A stretch of 36,726 bases of DNA from Thermoplasmata archaeon (GCA_007129655.1 SKVC01000091.1:1-36726), one strand, 5' to 3'; shown: positions 1 to 8,920, counted from the first letter of the stretch. Notes: a model not told the origin generated them from the letters alone. Made by a program: numbers and translations.

Positions 1-1032
1 GATGAAAAAGACGAAGTTGTTGGAATGGTAACACAGGAAATGTTTACTCAGAGGAGACATCTTCCACTTTCGACAAAATTGGAAAACGTCATGAATAGTC
101 CTCCTTCGGTTCAAACCGAAGATAATGTGATGGATATCTGCGAAATGCTCATGTCTGCAGGATATCGTGGGATACCTGTGAAGTCATCCAAAGGGAAAAT
201 AGTAGGGTTTGTTTCCCGAACAGACATAGTTAAAAAGATACCTGAGATGAAGGAATTTAAGGACTTGAAAGTTAATGAGATAATGACTCCTGCACCTTCA
301 ACGATCACGGAACACGATTCGATCGATTTGGCAAAGAACATGATGAGAGATCTCGATGAAAAGGTTCTTCCGGTCGTGAACAAACAGGGTAAATTGAGTG
401 GTATGATCGGTATTAAGGATATGATAAAATCCGATCTATATCCGTATATTAGAGAAGAAAAAGGCGACATGACAGGTGAGCGAGATTCACCACACCGAAA
501 GATAGAGATAAGAAGCTTGATGAATTCTCCACCGATAACTACCACACCGGACGAAGACAGTATAGAGGCCGCACGTAAGATGGCTGAAAATGATATATCT
601 ACTCTTATAGCATTGGACGAATACGGAGATATCAAAGGTGTTCTTACCAGTATTGACTTGATAGAGACTCTAGCGAGTTTCAAAGAAGGCGAACGTGTTT
701 ATGTACAAATAACCGGGCTAAACGAAGGGCCGGATACGCTGGATATGATGTACGAACTGATACAAAAATATCTGCAGAAATTCAATAATGTTATCAAACC
801 GTTGGTTATGAATATTCACGTGGTTACTCACAACAAAGAAGGTACCGAAACGAAATTCAGTCTCCGTATGAGACTTCAATCGGATCACGGTATGTTCTAT
901 GTTAAGGAACATGATTGGAACATAATGAGGGCGCTTAACGAAGGTCTCGATAACATGGAACGTATCATATTCGAGGAAAAAGAGAGGCATCTGGATCGGA
1001 TCAGAAAACATCCTAAATACAGAGGTCAGTAG
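1..1032 (+). CDS. CBS-domain protein (tandem CBS pairs) with a C-terminal HPF/RaiA-like domain; candidate archaeal ribosome hibernation factor (Hib-like). 5'-truncated by the window edge
   Basis: Frame is open from base 1 (DEKDEVVGM...). CBS signatures: 'GIPV...GKIVGFVSRTDI', 'LPVVNKQGKLSGMIGIKDMI', 'IKGVLTSIDLI'. The C-terminal ~100 aa (VYVQITGL...FSLRMRL...HDWNIMRALNEGLDNMERII) has a beta-alpha-beta-beta-beta-alpha HPF-like pattern. Confidence 0.8.
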   Translation, partial: DEKDEVVGMVTQEMFTQRRHLPLSTKLENVMNSPPSVQTEDNVMDICEMLMSAGYRGIPVKSSKGKIVGFVSRTDIVKKIPEMKEFKDLKVNEIMTPAPSTITEHDSIDLAKNMMRDLDEKVLPVVNKQGKLSGMIGIKDMIKSDLYPYIREEKGDMTGERDSPHRKIEIRSLMNSPPITTTPDEDSIEAARKMAENDISTLIALDEYGDIKGVLTSIDLIETLASFKEGERVYVQITGLNEGPDTLDMMYELIQKYLQKFNNVIKPLVMNIHVVTHNKEGTETKFSLRMRLQSDHGMFYVKEHDWNIMRALNEGLDNMERIIFEEKERHLDRIRKHPKYRGQ

Positions 1033-2030
1033 AACTTCCAGTGATCTTGGAGAGCACGCTTAGTTCTCTCTACAGCCTGTCTTCCGAGACAATTGTCATC
1101 GTATACACTTGTGTGTTCCAGTTTCAGCTCTTTCCCCTCGGTCAAAGCGGATATACCGGCTATTATCTCGGCTAAAGAGTTTAGATGATATCCTCCTTCA
1201 AGGAAGAAGGCTATTTTCCCACCACACAATTTTTGTGAGAGGTCGATCGATTTTTTTGACATCTCGATGTATGCTTGACTCGAAAGAGATAATCCCGTCA
1301 TTCCATCGGAATAGTGACCATCGGTACCCAGAGAAACGAGTATTAATTTAGGTTTATAATCTGATAATATCGGTTCTATCAATTCATCCCACGCGAATCC
1401 GTAGGACGAATCACCGACTCCTGTTTGAAATGGAACGTTAACGTTAAAACCTTCACCCCTTCCATCTCCTATGGCTATGGCTTCGCCCGTACCCGGATAT
1501 ATTCCATAATGATGGGTAGAGATGAACAAAACTCCCGGATCAGAGTAGTATATATCGCTAGTACCGTTTCCATGATGACCGTCAAAATCCAATATTGCAA
1601 CTTTATCCACGCCTGAATGTGCCGCTGCCAGGGCTATATTATTTAAGTAACAGAAACCTCCACCATAACCGGCGCCTGCGTGGTGTCCCGGCGGCCTTAG
1701 AAGAGCCAGGGCGGCCTTGCCTTTTTTGGAGATATCGACAGCAGATAAAGCTCCGGCTGCGGATAGTCTAGCGATATCGTATGTGCTTTCACAGATATAG
1801 GTGTCACCACCGTCCAAATAGCCGGGTGGATGAGACTTTAATCGAGATATGTATTCTTCCGTATGAACCACGGTTAAATTCTCTTCGGAAATATGTTCGG
1901 GAACGATAACATCTTCTGTCAGATCCTCCTTATCGAGTCGCTCCATAACTTCGATTAACCTATCAGGTCTTTCCGGGTGGGTCCCCTTTTGTTTATGAAG
2001 GATATAATCAGGATGAAATATTATCTCCAT
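1026..2030 (-). CDS. Histone deacetylase / acetylpolyamine amidohydrolase (AcuC/AphA) family Zn-dependent deacetylase
   Basis: Motifs HPERPDRL, RPPGHHA, GFCYLNN, DFDGHHGNGT, YPGTG, LEGGY. Confidence 0.92.
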   Translation of the reverse strand: MEIIFHPDYILHKQKGTHPERPDRLIEVMERLDKEDLTEDVIVPEHISEENLTVVHTEEYISRLKSHPPGYLDGGDTYICESTYDIARLSAAGALSAVDISKKGKAALALLRPPGHHAGAGYGGGFCYLNNIALAAAHSGVDKVAILDFDGHHGNGTSDIYYSDPGVLFISTHHYGIYPGTGEAIAIGDGRGEGFNVNVPFQTGVGDSSYGFAWDELIEPILSDYKPKLILVSLGTDGHYSDGMTGLSLSSQAYIEMSKKSIDLSQKLCGGKIAFFLEGGYHLNSLAEIIAGISALTEGKELKLEHTSVYDDNCLGRQAVERTKRALQDHWKFY

Positions 2031-2050
2031 ATTTGTGTAAAACTTAGCAA

Positions 2051-2061
2051 ATTATTTAAAT
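2051..2061. promoter_or_regulatory. Palindromic TATA box (TTTAAA, 2055-2060), probably shared by the divergent deacetylase and Dph6-like genes
   Basis: The clearest TATA-like element in a 51-bp divergent spacer; first T is 27 nt from ATG 2082 and 30 nt from ATG 2030. Confidence 0.55.
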
Positions 2062-2081
2062 GTTGATGACAAAGAACCTGC

Positions 2082-2750
2082 ATGGGTTACGCGGTACTGT
2101 ATTCCGGTGGAAAAGATTCCAATCTTGCTATGTGGTATGGTGAGAAAGCAGGAATAGATATTAAAGTGATTTTAACCGTATCTCCTCGTAGCGAAGATAG
2201 TTATATGTTTCATAAACCAAATCTTGGACTCGTACCTCAATTAACAGAATCAATGGGTTTAGAACAGATAACCGTTGAAACTTGCGGTGAAAAAGAAGTT
2301 GAACTGGAAGAGCTTGAGAAAACCCTTGAACAACTTGAGATAGAAGGAGTTATCAGCGGAGCAGTAGCGTCTACATATCAGCGCGACAGGATAGACAATA
2401 TTTGCGGAGAACACGGTTGGGATCATTATGCACCTTTATGGGGTATGGAACAAAGGGAGATATTAGACACCTTGATCGAAGAGGGTTTTGAATGTGTCAT
2501 CGTGGGAGTCGCCGCCATGGGTCTAGATAGTTCGTGGTTGGGTAGAACTATCGATGATAAATTGATAAAGGAATTGGAAGAACTGGAAGATAGATATAAA
2601 ATAAATATAGCCGGGGAAGGAGGGGAATATGAAAGTCTAGTGTTAGGTGGCCCAAATTTCAGATGGGGTTTCGAAATAGTATCTGCAGTAAAACATTGGG
2701 ACGGTCACAGAGGTACATTAGAGGTAAAAGAATTGAAAAGGAGGGCATGA
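2082..2750 (+). CDS. dph6: Diphthine--ammonia ligase family PP-loop ATPase (Dph6/MJ0570-like)
   Basis: SGGKDS PP-loop, SYMFH, GAVASTYQRDR, APLW, AGEGGEYESLV. Confidence 0.8.
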   Translation: MGYAVLYSGGKDSNLAMWYGEKAGIDIKVILTVSPRSEDSYMFHKPNLGLVPQLTESMGLEQITVETCGEKEVELEELEKTLEQLEIEGVISGAVASTYQRDRIDNICGEHGWDHYAPLWGMEQREILDTLIEEGFECVIVGVAAMGLDSSWLGRTIDDKLIKELEELEDRYKINIAGEGGEYESLVLGGPNFRWGFEIVSAVKHWDGHRGTLEVKELKRRA

Positions 2751-2770
2751 AACAGGCCCTTGAATATGTT

Positions 2771-3295
2771 TTATCTTACGAAGGTAGATTCCTTGCCTAT
2801 CTCTTTCGGATCAGGGGTGATATCTTCACCTGGAGATTGATCTTTACCATCTGTGTGAAAATCTACCTCGTCTTTGAGTATATCGTAATGTTTACGCTCC
2901 ATGTTAGCTAAATGTTCGAAGGTGTCTTTGTAGAGTTTCTTCTCTTTAGCTAGATATCGATATATCTTTTCAGCATTCAATTCGTTTTGGCGGGCCGCCT
3001 GAAGAGATTCTATCATACTTTCTGTAGTTCCTACATCGATCTCGGCTTCGTGTGGCGGTAATTCCTTGTCCTTAGGGAATTTTATCTTTTTGTCACCGAA
3101 CTCATTCTGGTGTATCTTTTTGAGCTCATGACTATGCATCTCTTCCTCCTCGGCTAGTTTTCTGAATTTTTTGCCCTTCAATTCACCGACGACATTTTCT
3201 GCGAATTCGAGATAGGTTTTCCTAGAAGCTTTTTCTGCAACTATAGAATATCCGATGATCTCCCTGAATGTCAACTCGTCCAATACTTCTTTCAT
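2771..3295 (-). CDS. Ferritin-like / rubrerythrin-family di-iron protein without rubredoxin domain, paralog 1
   Basis: Two E...ExxH sets (AEK / EEMH; NEL / ERKH). ATG 3295 preferred over TTG 3304. Own BRE-TATA 'cgaaagagatttataa' at about 3323-3338. Confidence 0.85.
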   Translation of the reverse strand: MKEVLDELTFREIIGYSIVAEKASRKTYLEFAENVVGELKGKKFRKLAEEEEMHSHELKKIHQNEFGDKKIKFPKDKELPPHEAEIDVGTTESMIESLQAARQNELNAEKIYRYLAKEKKLYKDTFEHLANMERKHYDILKDEVDFHTDGKDQSPGEDITPDPKEIGKESTFVR

Positions 3296-3363
3296 GCTTA
3301 TCAATCTTAGAAAGACGTGGTGTTATAAATCTCTTTCGAAGAAATTTACTGTTCCGGGTTCGG

Positions 3364-3906
3364 TTATCTCACTTTGCTGGAGATGTTTTCTCTTTCCTCT
3401 CTTATCCAGATAGAAGGATCTTCGCTGCCCTTTATTTCTTTCGTATCTACACCCTCTTCGTACATTTTCTTTTCAGCCTTCAAAGATTCATAGTGGCCGT
3501 GTTCCATAGCGGCGAGTAATTTGAAAAATTTCTTGTGTTCGGGTTGATTTTTTGCCAGGTAGGTATATATCTCATAGGCGTTGTGTTCACTTTTGATGGC
3601 TGCATCTAAAGATTGTATCAGATTGATTATAGTATCTATATTGACGTCGCCTTCGTGTGGTGGAAGACCTTCTTTATCAGGTACTACATACTTATCGTTT
3701 CCAAAGAGACGTTTGTGCAGTTTCAATAGCTCTGATTTATGCATCTTTTCGTCGGATGCCAGGGAATGATATCTCTGGGCCGGTAATTCAGACAATCCGT
3801 CTGCCATCTTTGTATAGAATTGATATGCATTTTCTTCTGCTTCGATTGAATAACCCATTATCTCCTTGAAGCTCAGCGAATCTAGTGTTTCGTACATGTT
3901 TATCAT
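3364..3906 (-). CDS. Ferritin-like / rubrerythrin-family di-iron protein without rubredoxin domain, paralog 2
   Basis: E...ExxH sets (AEE / EKMH; SEH / EHGH). Clearly homologous to the neighbour (shared GYSI, LPPHE, IY.YLAK). Alternative start ATG 3897. Confidence 0.85.
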   Translation of the reverse strand: MINMYETLDSLSFKEIMGYSIEAEENAYQFYTKMADGLSELPAQRYHSLASDEKMHKSELLKLHKRLFGNDKYVVPDKEGLPPHEGDVNIDTIINLIQSLDAAIKSEHNAYEIYTYLAKNQPEHKKFFKLLAAMEHGHYESLKAEKKMYEEGVDTKEIKGSEDPSIWIREERENISSKVR

Positions 3907-3941
3907 ATTTATCAGGAGCTTTGATGTATAAAATCCTTTTG

Positions 3942-5108
3942 TTATAGGTGAAGATTAAGAATGTTATTTATCGAACCCTTGATACTTTCAAAGGATTCGG
4001 TATCATCGGCACCTTCTTTTTTCAGACTCCAGAGCTTTTGAAATATTGGTAGGATCTGGCTCTCTTTAGCCATATTGCGTTGGGCTGCAACCTCCAAAAC
4101 GTATACCAGCTGGGATATCGCTTCTGAGCTATCGTTTGGAAGTGGATTACTTAATATTGATTTTATCAATCTTGGCTCTTCTCGGTCTAAGAAGTCATCC
4201 TCTCTCTTTAAAACATCGTCTATGTGATCCATATCTTCATGGTATATCTCCCAACCGGATCCACCAATATTCTCTTCCAAATGTTCCTTTTTGGAAGGTC
4301 CGGTAAGAGCACAGACGATGCCTGGTTGGGAAAGTACCCATCTGATTGCTATTTGAACAGGTGTTTTATCGTACTTTTTTCCGAGTTCTTTCAACTCGTC
4401 TACTATGCGTAAAGCTGATTCTGATCTAGTGTATTTGAACAATGGATCGATATTTCGTATATCTATATCCTGAAAACTGGAATTTCTGTTGTATCTGCCG
4501 GTTAGTACACCCCTTCCGGTAACGCTGAAAGCGATGCCGGCGATCCCTTCATCTCTACATATGGGTAGAAGAGTATCTAAAGCTGAACGAGCAACGGGGC
4601 TAAGTTCCATCATCACGGCCCCTATATTTCCTTTTTTAAAGTAAGATGATGCATTTTCTTGGGAAAGATGGCTTATACCGTAATGCACGATCTTACCGTC
4701 GCTTTGGAGATCTTGTAGTGCGTTCAATGTTTCCTCGATAGGTGTATTTATATCTGCATAATGCACAAAGTAAAAATCTATATAATCTGTATCGAGTTCC
4801 CGTAAACTGTTTTCACAGGATGATATCACATGTTCATACGAAAGTATCGGTTCGATTTCGTTCTTCATCCCTACCTTGGTACTCACATACATTTCTTCGC
4901 GATCTGGCTTTATGATTTTTCCCAATATTCTTTCGGCTTTGGGTCCATATGCAGGTGCCGTATCGAAATAATTTACTCCGTGTTTTCTAGCATGAAGAAG
5001 TACTTTTTTATAGGTGCTGATATCAGTGCCACCGTAGGCGCCGCTTAGTGCGTAACACCCCATACCGACTTGGGATATATCCATCTTTTTGTACCTGCTG
5101 TAGTCCAT
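3942..5108 (-). CDS. Aldo/keto reductase with a ~75-aa C-terminal extension
   Basis: GMGC, FDTAPAYG, STKVG, SLRELDTDYIDFYFVH, GKIVHYGIS, QIAIRWVL, HLEENI. Confidence 0.9.
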   Translation of the reverse strand: MDYSRYKKMDISQVGMGCYALSGAYGGTDISTYKKVLLHARKHGVNYFDTAPAYGPKAERILGKIIKPDREEMYVSTKVGMKNEIEPILSYEHVISSCENSLRELDTDYIDFYFVHYADINTPIEETLNALQDLQSDGKIVHYGISHLSQENASSYFKKGNIGAVMMELSPVARSALDTLLPICRDEGIAGIAFSVTGRGVLTGRYNRNSSFQDIDIRNIDPLFKYTRSESALRIVDELKELGKKYDKTPVQIAIRWVLSQPGIVCALTGPSKKEHLEENIGGSGWEIYHEDMDHIDDVLKREDDFLDREEPRLIKSILSNPLPNDSSEAISQLVYVLEVAAQRNMAKESQILPIFQKLWSLKKEGADDTESFESIKGSINNILNLHL

Positions 5109-5122
5109 TTTAAACTCCAGTT

Positions 5123-5683
5123 TCAGTAATTGTAACCTTCTTTTTCCTCCTTGGTAACTTCGACTCCCAGACCAAGGGCTATTCGGTTGACGAAATTGAA
5201 GTAACTAGTGATCAGGTTGACATTCAGGATTTCTGATTCGGATAGACCGTTATCCCTAAATTCTTCGATATCTTTGTTTTCGATTGAATTCGGGTTCTCC
5301 GTAAGTTTTCTAGCGTACCGTACTAAACTTTTCTCTCTTTCGGTCAGTGAAGGCATCTCATGTTGCTTCATTATCAGTTCGTCGATCCTTTGATTGTCTT
5401 TCCAATAGTGATTCAGTGCCTCAGAATGGTGCTCGACACAATATTTGCAGCCGTTGGATGCTGATACGATTACCGCTATGAGCTCGCATTCCTCCCGAGA
5501 TATTTTTCGATCCCGGAACATGATGCTCATGTAGAGGTCTAGATGTGCAGCTAAAGCATTTGGATTGAGGCTGTGCACCTTCATTATGTTGGAGATTTTA
5601 CCACGTTGCTTTTTTAGACCATCGTATAGTTCTCCGAGCTTCCCCTCTGCATCCTCTTCTTCGATTTCTTTAATCCATGACAT
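5123..5683 (-). CDS. AhpD/carboxymuconolactone decarboxylase-family peroxidase-related enzyme
   Basis: E-L-I-A-V-I-V-S-x-x-N-G-C-K-Y-C-V-E-H-H motif, YFNFVNRIA, N-terminal MSWI. SD-like GAGG upstream. Confidence 0.9.
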   Translation of the reverse strand: MSWIKEIEEEDAEGKLGELYDGLKKQRGKISNIMKVHSLNPNALAAHLDLYMSIMFRDRKISREECELIAVIVSASNGCKYCVEHHSEALNHYWKDNQRIDELIMKQHEMPSLTEREKSLVRYARKLTENPNSIENKDIEEFRDNGLSESEILNVNLITSYFNFVNRIALGLGVEVTKEEKEGYNY

Positions 5684-5694
5684 ATTTTGACCTC

Positions 5695-6366
5695 TTATCT
5701 TTTATTGTCGTCTAAAGGCTCTTCCAATATATAGATTATATCTTTAGGTGTTTCGGCTAGGAATTCGGCCTCACTGATTTCATCTTTACCGTAGCCGTAA
5801 AGTGCACCGATGAACTGTATCGAATTTTCTTTTGCAGCTTCAAGATCGTGGTATCTATCTCCGATCATGATCGTACGGAGGTCGCCTGAGGACTCTATTA
5901 ACTCTTTGATCCCATGAACTTTGCTCTCCATATCATCCGCACTTTTGATAAAATCAAAATACCCTGTGATATTCTGGGTATAGAGTACATAATCTATATA
6001 ATCGGTCGTTGCATTGCTGCATATGGCTAGTGTATGGCCTTGATTTGACAATCGTTCAAGTATATTTGGGATGCCGGGAAAAAGCCGGCCATGTATCTTT
6101 ATATGCTTCGCTTCGGCTACCCAAAGAGCCTGTAAAAAATCATCGTACTTATCCATGCCATCATCTCCATAAGATGAAAGTAATTCAGTACAAAAATTCT
6201 TTGTGTTTTCGCCCATGAGAGATAGGATAAAGTCGTCCCGAGACGGAGGCAGACCGACATTTTTCAACGCTTCTTGAACTCCTGGTAATACAGATGCTTC
6301 GCTGTCTAGAAGCGTTCCGTCTAGGTCGAATATTATTAAGTACATTATATTGGGTTTATTTTCCAT
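5695..6366 (-). CDS. HAD-superfamily hydrolase (Gph-like phosphatase)
   Basis: Motif I FDLDGTL, LFPGI, CSN, motif III K, MIGDRYHD, YGYG. Confidence 0.9.
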   Translation of the reverse strand: MENKPNIMYLIIFDLDGTLLDSEASVLPGVQEALKNVGLPPSRDDFILSLMGENTKNFCTELLSSYGDDGMDKYDDFLQALWVAEAKHIKIHGRLFPGIPNILERLSNQGHTLAICSNATTDYIDYVLYTQNITGYFDFIKSADDMESKVHGIKELIESSGDLRTIMIGDRYHDLEAAKENSIQFIGALYGYGKDEISEAEFLAETPKDIIYILEEPLDDNKR

Positions 6367-6421
6367 GGGTAATAAGATTTACTCTTTCGCTGGTTTTATA
6401 TTCTAAAAACACTTGCCGGGC

Positions 6422-7072
6422 ATGATGACTAGCGGAGATATATACGGTCTGCTGCTTGTTTACATGTACGTGTTTGTACTTATAGCTGTGACTGAAAAGA
6501 TAGTCAATAACGGATTACTCAGCCGAAAGATACTACATGTTTGTGTCGGCAACGTATTGTTCATATTACCACTCTTTGATTCGCGTTGGGTCATGACTTT
6601 TTTGGCGGCTGCACCTTTCGTTTTACTCACGTACCTGATCAGTCCATATTCTCCTTTGAAAACAGTTAGTAAAACATCATCAAAGGGGCACAGTTTGGGC
6701 TTGTTTTACTATGCTGTTTCATGGACTGTTCTCGCGTTCTTCTTCTTCGAAAGACCTGAAATCATAGCTGTTGGTATAGTTGCGATGTCCTACGGCGACG
6801 GTTTCGCATCCATGGTGGGTGTGCGTTATGGTAAGAGAAAATTCAACGTTTGTGGAGATGAAAAATCCATTGAAGGGTCTATAACAATGTTTGGGGTGAC
6901 AGCAGCGATGGCGATGATCGTCCTTCTATATTATGGGGTCACACCCATTCCACTATACCTGATTGTTCTGATCCCTCTAGCAGCTACATTCGCGGAAGCT
7001 ATTACACCCAAAGGATTGGATAATTTGACCATATCCATATCTGCCGCAATACTTTATTACCTCTTATTTTGA
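6422..7072 (+). CDS. SEC59/DGK1/VTE5-family (dolichol/phytol/polyprenol) CTP-dependent membrane kinase
   Basis: Polytopic membrane protein with SRKILH, YGDGFASMVG..YGK, KSIEGS, AEAITPKGLDNL. ATG 6422 (or 6425) lies ~28 nt after TTTTATAT at 6394-6401; ORF track starts at TTG 6413. Confidence 0.85.
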   Translation: MMTSGDIYGLLLVYMYVFVLIAVTEKIVNNGLLSRKILHVCVGNVLFILPLFDSRWVMTFLAAAPFVLLTYLISPYSPLKTVSKTSSKGHSLGLFYYAVSWTVLAFFFFERPEIIAVGIVAMSYGDGFASMVGVRYGKRKFNVCGDEKSIEGSITMFGVTAAMAMIVLLYYGVTPIPLYLIVLIPLAATFAEAITPKGLDNLTISISAAILYYLLF

Positions 7073-7082
7073 TTACTACGTA

Positions 7083-7646
7083 ATGCGCTTCGTTGTCATA
7101 GACGGTTTGGATGCTTCGGGAAAAGATACGCAGGCATCTTCCATTAAGCAGCGTTATGAAGATATGGGCGATCGGGTGATATTACGCTCACATCCATCTA
7201 CGGATAACATATACGGACGAAGGGCGAAAAGTGCATTATGGCGCAGAGACAAAAAAAGTAGATTGGAAGCCTCGGCTTACTATGCGATGGACGTTATCCA
7301 CTCAGTACGAAATTACTATGGAAAGGCAGACACCGTTATTTTTGTTAGATATCTCTGCGGAGCAGCCTATCTACCCTATCCTTTAGCTAAGACCCTATAT
7401 CACAGCTTTTCAACTCTTCTGCCTTCAACAAAATACAAAATTTTTTTGGATGTCGAACCTGAAATTGCCATCGAGAGAATAAACGGAAGGCCTAGGAAAC
7501 AGATGTTCGAGAACATGAGATCATTGAAAAAGGTAAGGTCTCGAGTATTAAGACTGGTAAACGATTGGTACATCATAGATGCATCCAAACCACTAGAAGA
7601 TGTACAAAATGATATACACTGCGTTCTCGATGAGCTCGATAAGTGA
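7083..7646 (+). CDS. Thymidylate-kinase-like P-loop nucleoside monophosphate kinase (atypical: VRY in place of the DRY motif)
   Basis: IDGLDASGKDTQA P-loop, IFLDVEPEIAIERI..R, FEN, IIDAS. 10 nt downstream of the membrane kinase on the same strand. Confidence 0.75.
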   Translation: MRFVVIDGLDASGKDTQASSIKQRYEDMGDRVILRSHPSTDNIYGRRAKSALWRRDKKSRLEASAYYAMDVIHSVRNYYGKADTVIFVRYLCGAAYLPYPLAKTLYHSFSTLLPSTKYKIFLDVEPEIAIERINGRPRKQMFENMRSLKKVRSRVLRLVNDWYIIDASKPLEDVQNDIHCVLDELDK

Positions 7647-7666
7647 TTTTGAAATCAGATTATAGC

Positions 7667-8623
7667 TTATACTTCTACATCAAGATCTAGTTCTTTTACA
7701 AGTTCTTTATATCTGTTCCTTACCGTGACTTCGGTCACGGCAGCGACGTCTGCTACTTCTCGCTGTGTTCGTCTCTTATTTTCCTGAATAGACGATATGT
7801 ATATAGCTGCGGCCGCTAACCCAGTTGGGCCTTTTCCGGATATCAATTCTTTCTCCTCTGCCTTTTTAATTATGCTTTCGGCAACCTTTTGGACCTTTCC
7901 GCCTAGATTCAGTTCGCTACAGAATCGTCCTAAATACTCTTCAGGCCGTGTTGGCTTGAGTTTTAGTACGAGCTCTCTGCTCAAAAAACGATAGGTTCTT
8001 CCTATCTCTTTACGGTCTGAAGCAGATGCATCGGCTATCTCGTCCAAGGTACGTGGTACTCCGGCATCTCTGCAGGCGGCATAAAGGGAAGCCGCTACTA
8101 CGCTGTTGATGCTACGTCCACGTATGAGATTCTTCTTTACTGCTTTTCGGTAAACCACTGCTGCGCGTTCCCGGATATTCTTAGGCAAGCCCATTGTGGA
8201 TGCCATACGATCTAGTTCCTGAAGTGCATAAGCAAGGTTACGTTCAGTTGCATCTGAGACCCTTATTCTACGCTGCCATTTACGGAGTCTGTAGATCTGG
8301 GCCTTTTTCTTACTTGGAATAGCTCGACCGTAAGAATCTCTATTTGACCTATCTATACCTGTAGAAAGGCCTTTATCGTGCACCATTTCTGTCATAGGTG
8401 CACCTGTTCTCGCCCTACTTTCCTCCTGCTGCATATCGAATGAACGCCACTCCGGTCCTGAATCTATATATTGATTATCGACTACGAGACCGCAATCCTC
8501 ACACACAAGTTCACCCCTGTCATAGTCCTGGGCAAGGTGTTTGCTGCCGCATTCCGGACATTCAACTATAGTTTCTTCCCTATTGCTATTTTTTTCCTTC
8601 AGTTCGTTTAAATCTTCCACCAT
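7667..8623 (-). CDS. tfb: Transcription initiation factor IIB (TFB)
   Basis: Zn ribbon CPECG...[27 protein letters not shown], two cyclin repeats, [13 protein letters not shown]. Confidence 0.97.
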   Translation of the reverse strand: MVEDLNELKEKNSNREETIVECPECGSKHLAQDYDRGELVCEDCGLVVDNQYIDSGPEWRSFDMQQEESRARTGAPMTEMVHDKGLSTGIDRSNRDSYGRAIPSKKKAQIYRLRKWQRRIRVSDATERNLAYALQELDRMASTMGLPKNIRERAAVVYRKAVKKNLIRGRSINSVVAASLYAACRDAGVPRTLDEIADASASDRKEIGRTYRFLSRELVLKLKPTRPEEYLGRFCSELNLGGKVQKVAESIIKKAEEKELISGKGPTGLAAAAIYISSIQENKRRTQREVADVAAVTEVTVRNRYKELVKELDLDVEV

Positions 8624-8624
8624 T

Positions 8625-8876
8625 TTATTCCACCTCTACATAAACGCCCTTTTCCATCATCGATATCGGATTATCCACCTTTTTTCGCAACCGGATCTCC
8701 ACATAAGGGTTATCCACTGGCCCCAGTAGAGAATGTGCTATACCTAAGTGATTTCTACGGTTGTCCTCAACACTACTCCCAAGAGGGATTGTGCGTGGAA
8801 ACCGACCGATAATAATGTCTCTATCGATGATATTTACAATCTTTCCTTGTATGAGCAAATTGTTTTCCTCCAACAC
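8625..8876 (-). CDS. gar1: H/ACA RNP subunit Gar1/Naf1-family protein
   Basis: Small beta-rich protein with G...V.D....LG......GPVDNPY. Lies 1 nt upstream of tfb, the usual archaeal gar1-tfb arrangement. Confidence 0.75.
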   Translation of the reverse strand: MLEENNLLIQGKIVNIIDRDIIIGRFPRTIPLGSSVEDNRRNHLGIAHSLLGPVDNPYVEIRLRKKVDNPISMMEKGVYVEVE

Positions 8877-8920
8877 TTATTGGGTGCGTTTGTTTAGTTA
8901 TTACATAACCGAAGAATAAG

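Noticed and set aside
111..683. 190-aa antisense ORF and similar long shadows (10226-10645, 18433-18840, 21847-22263, 29816-30265, 34463-34852)
   Set aside because: Entirely inside well-supported genes on the opposite strand, with no recognisable motifs.
2771..3906. Ferritin-like proteins as encapsulin cargo
   Set aside because: No L.(V/I)GSL-type targeting peptide recognisable and no encapsulin gene in the window.
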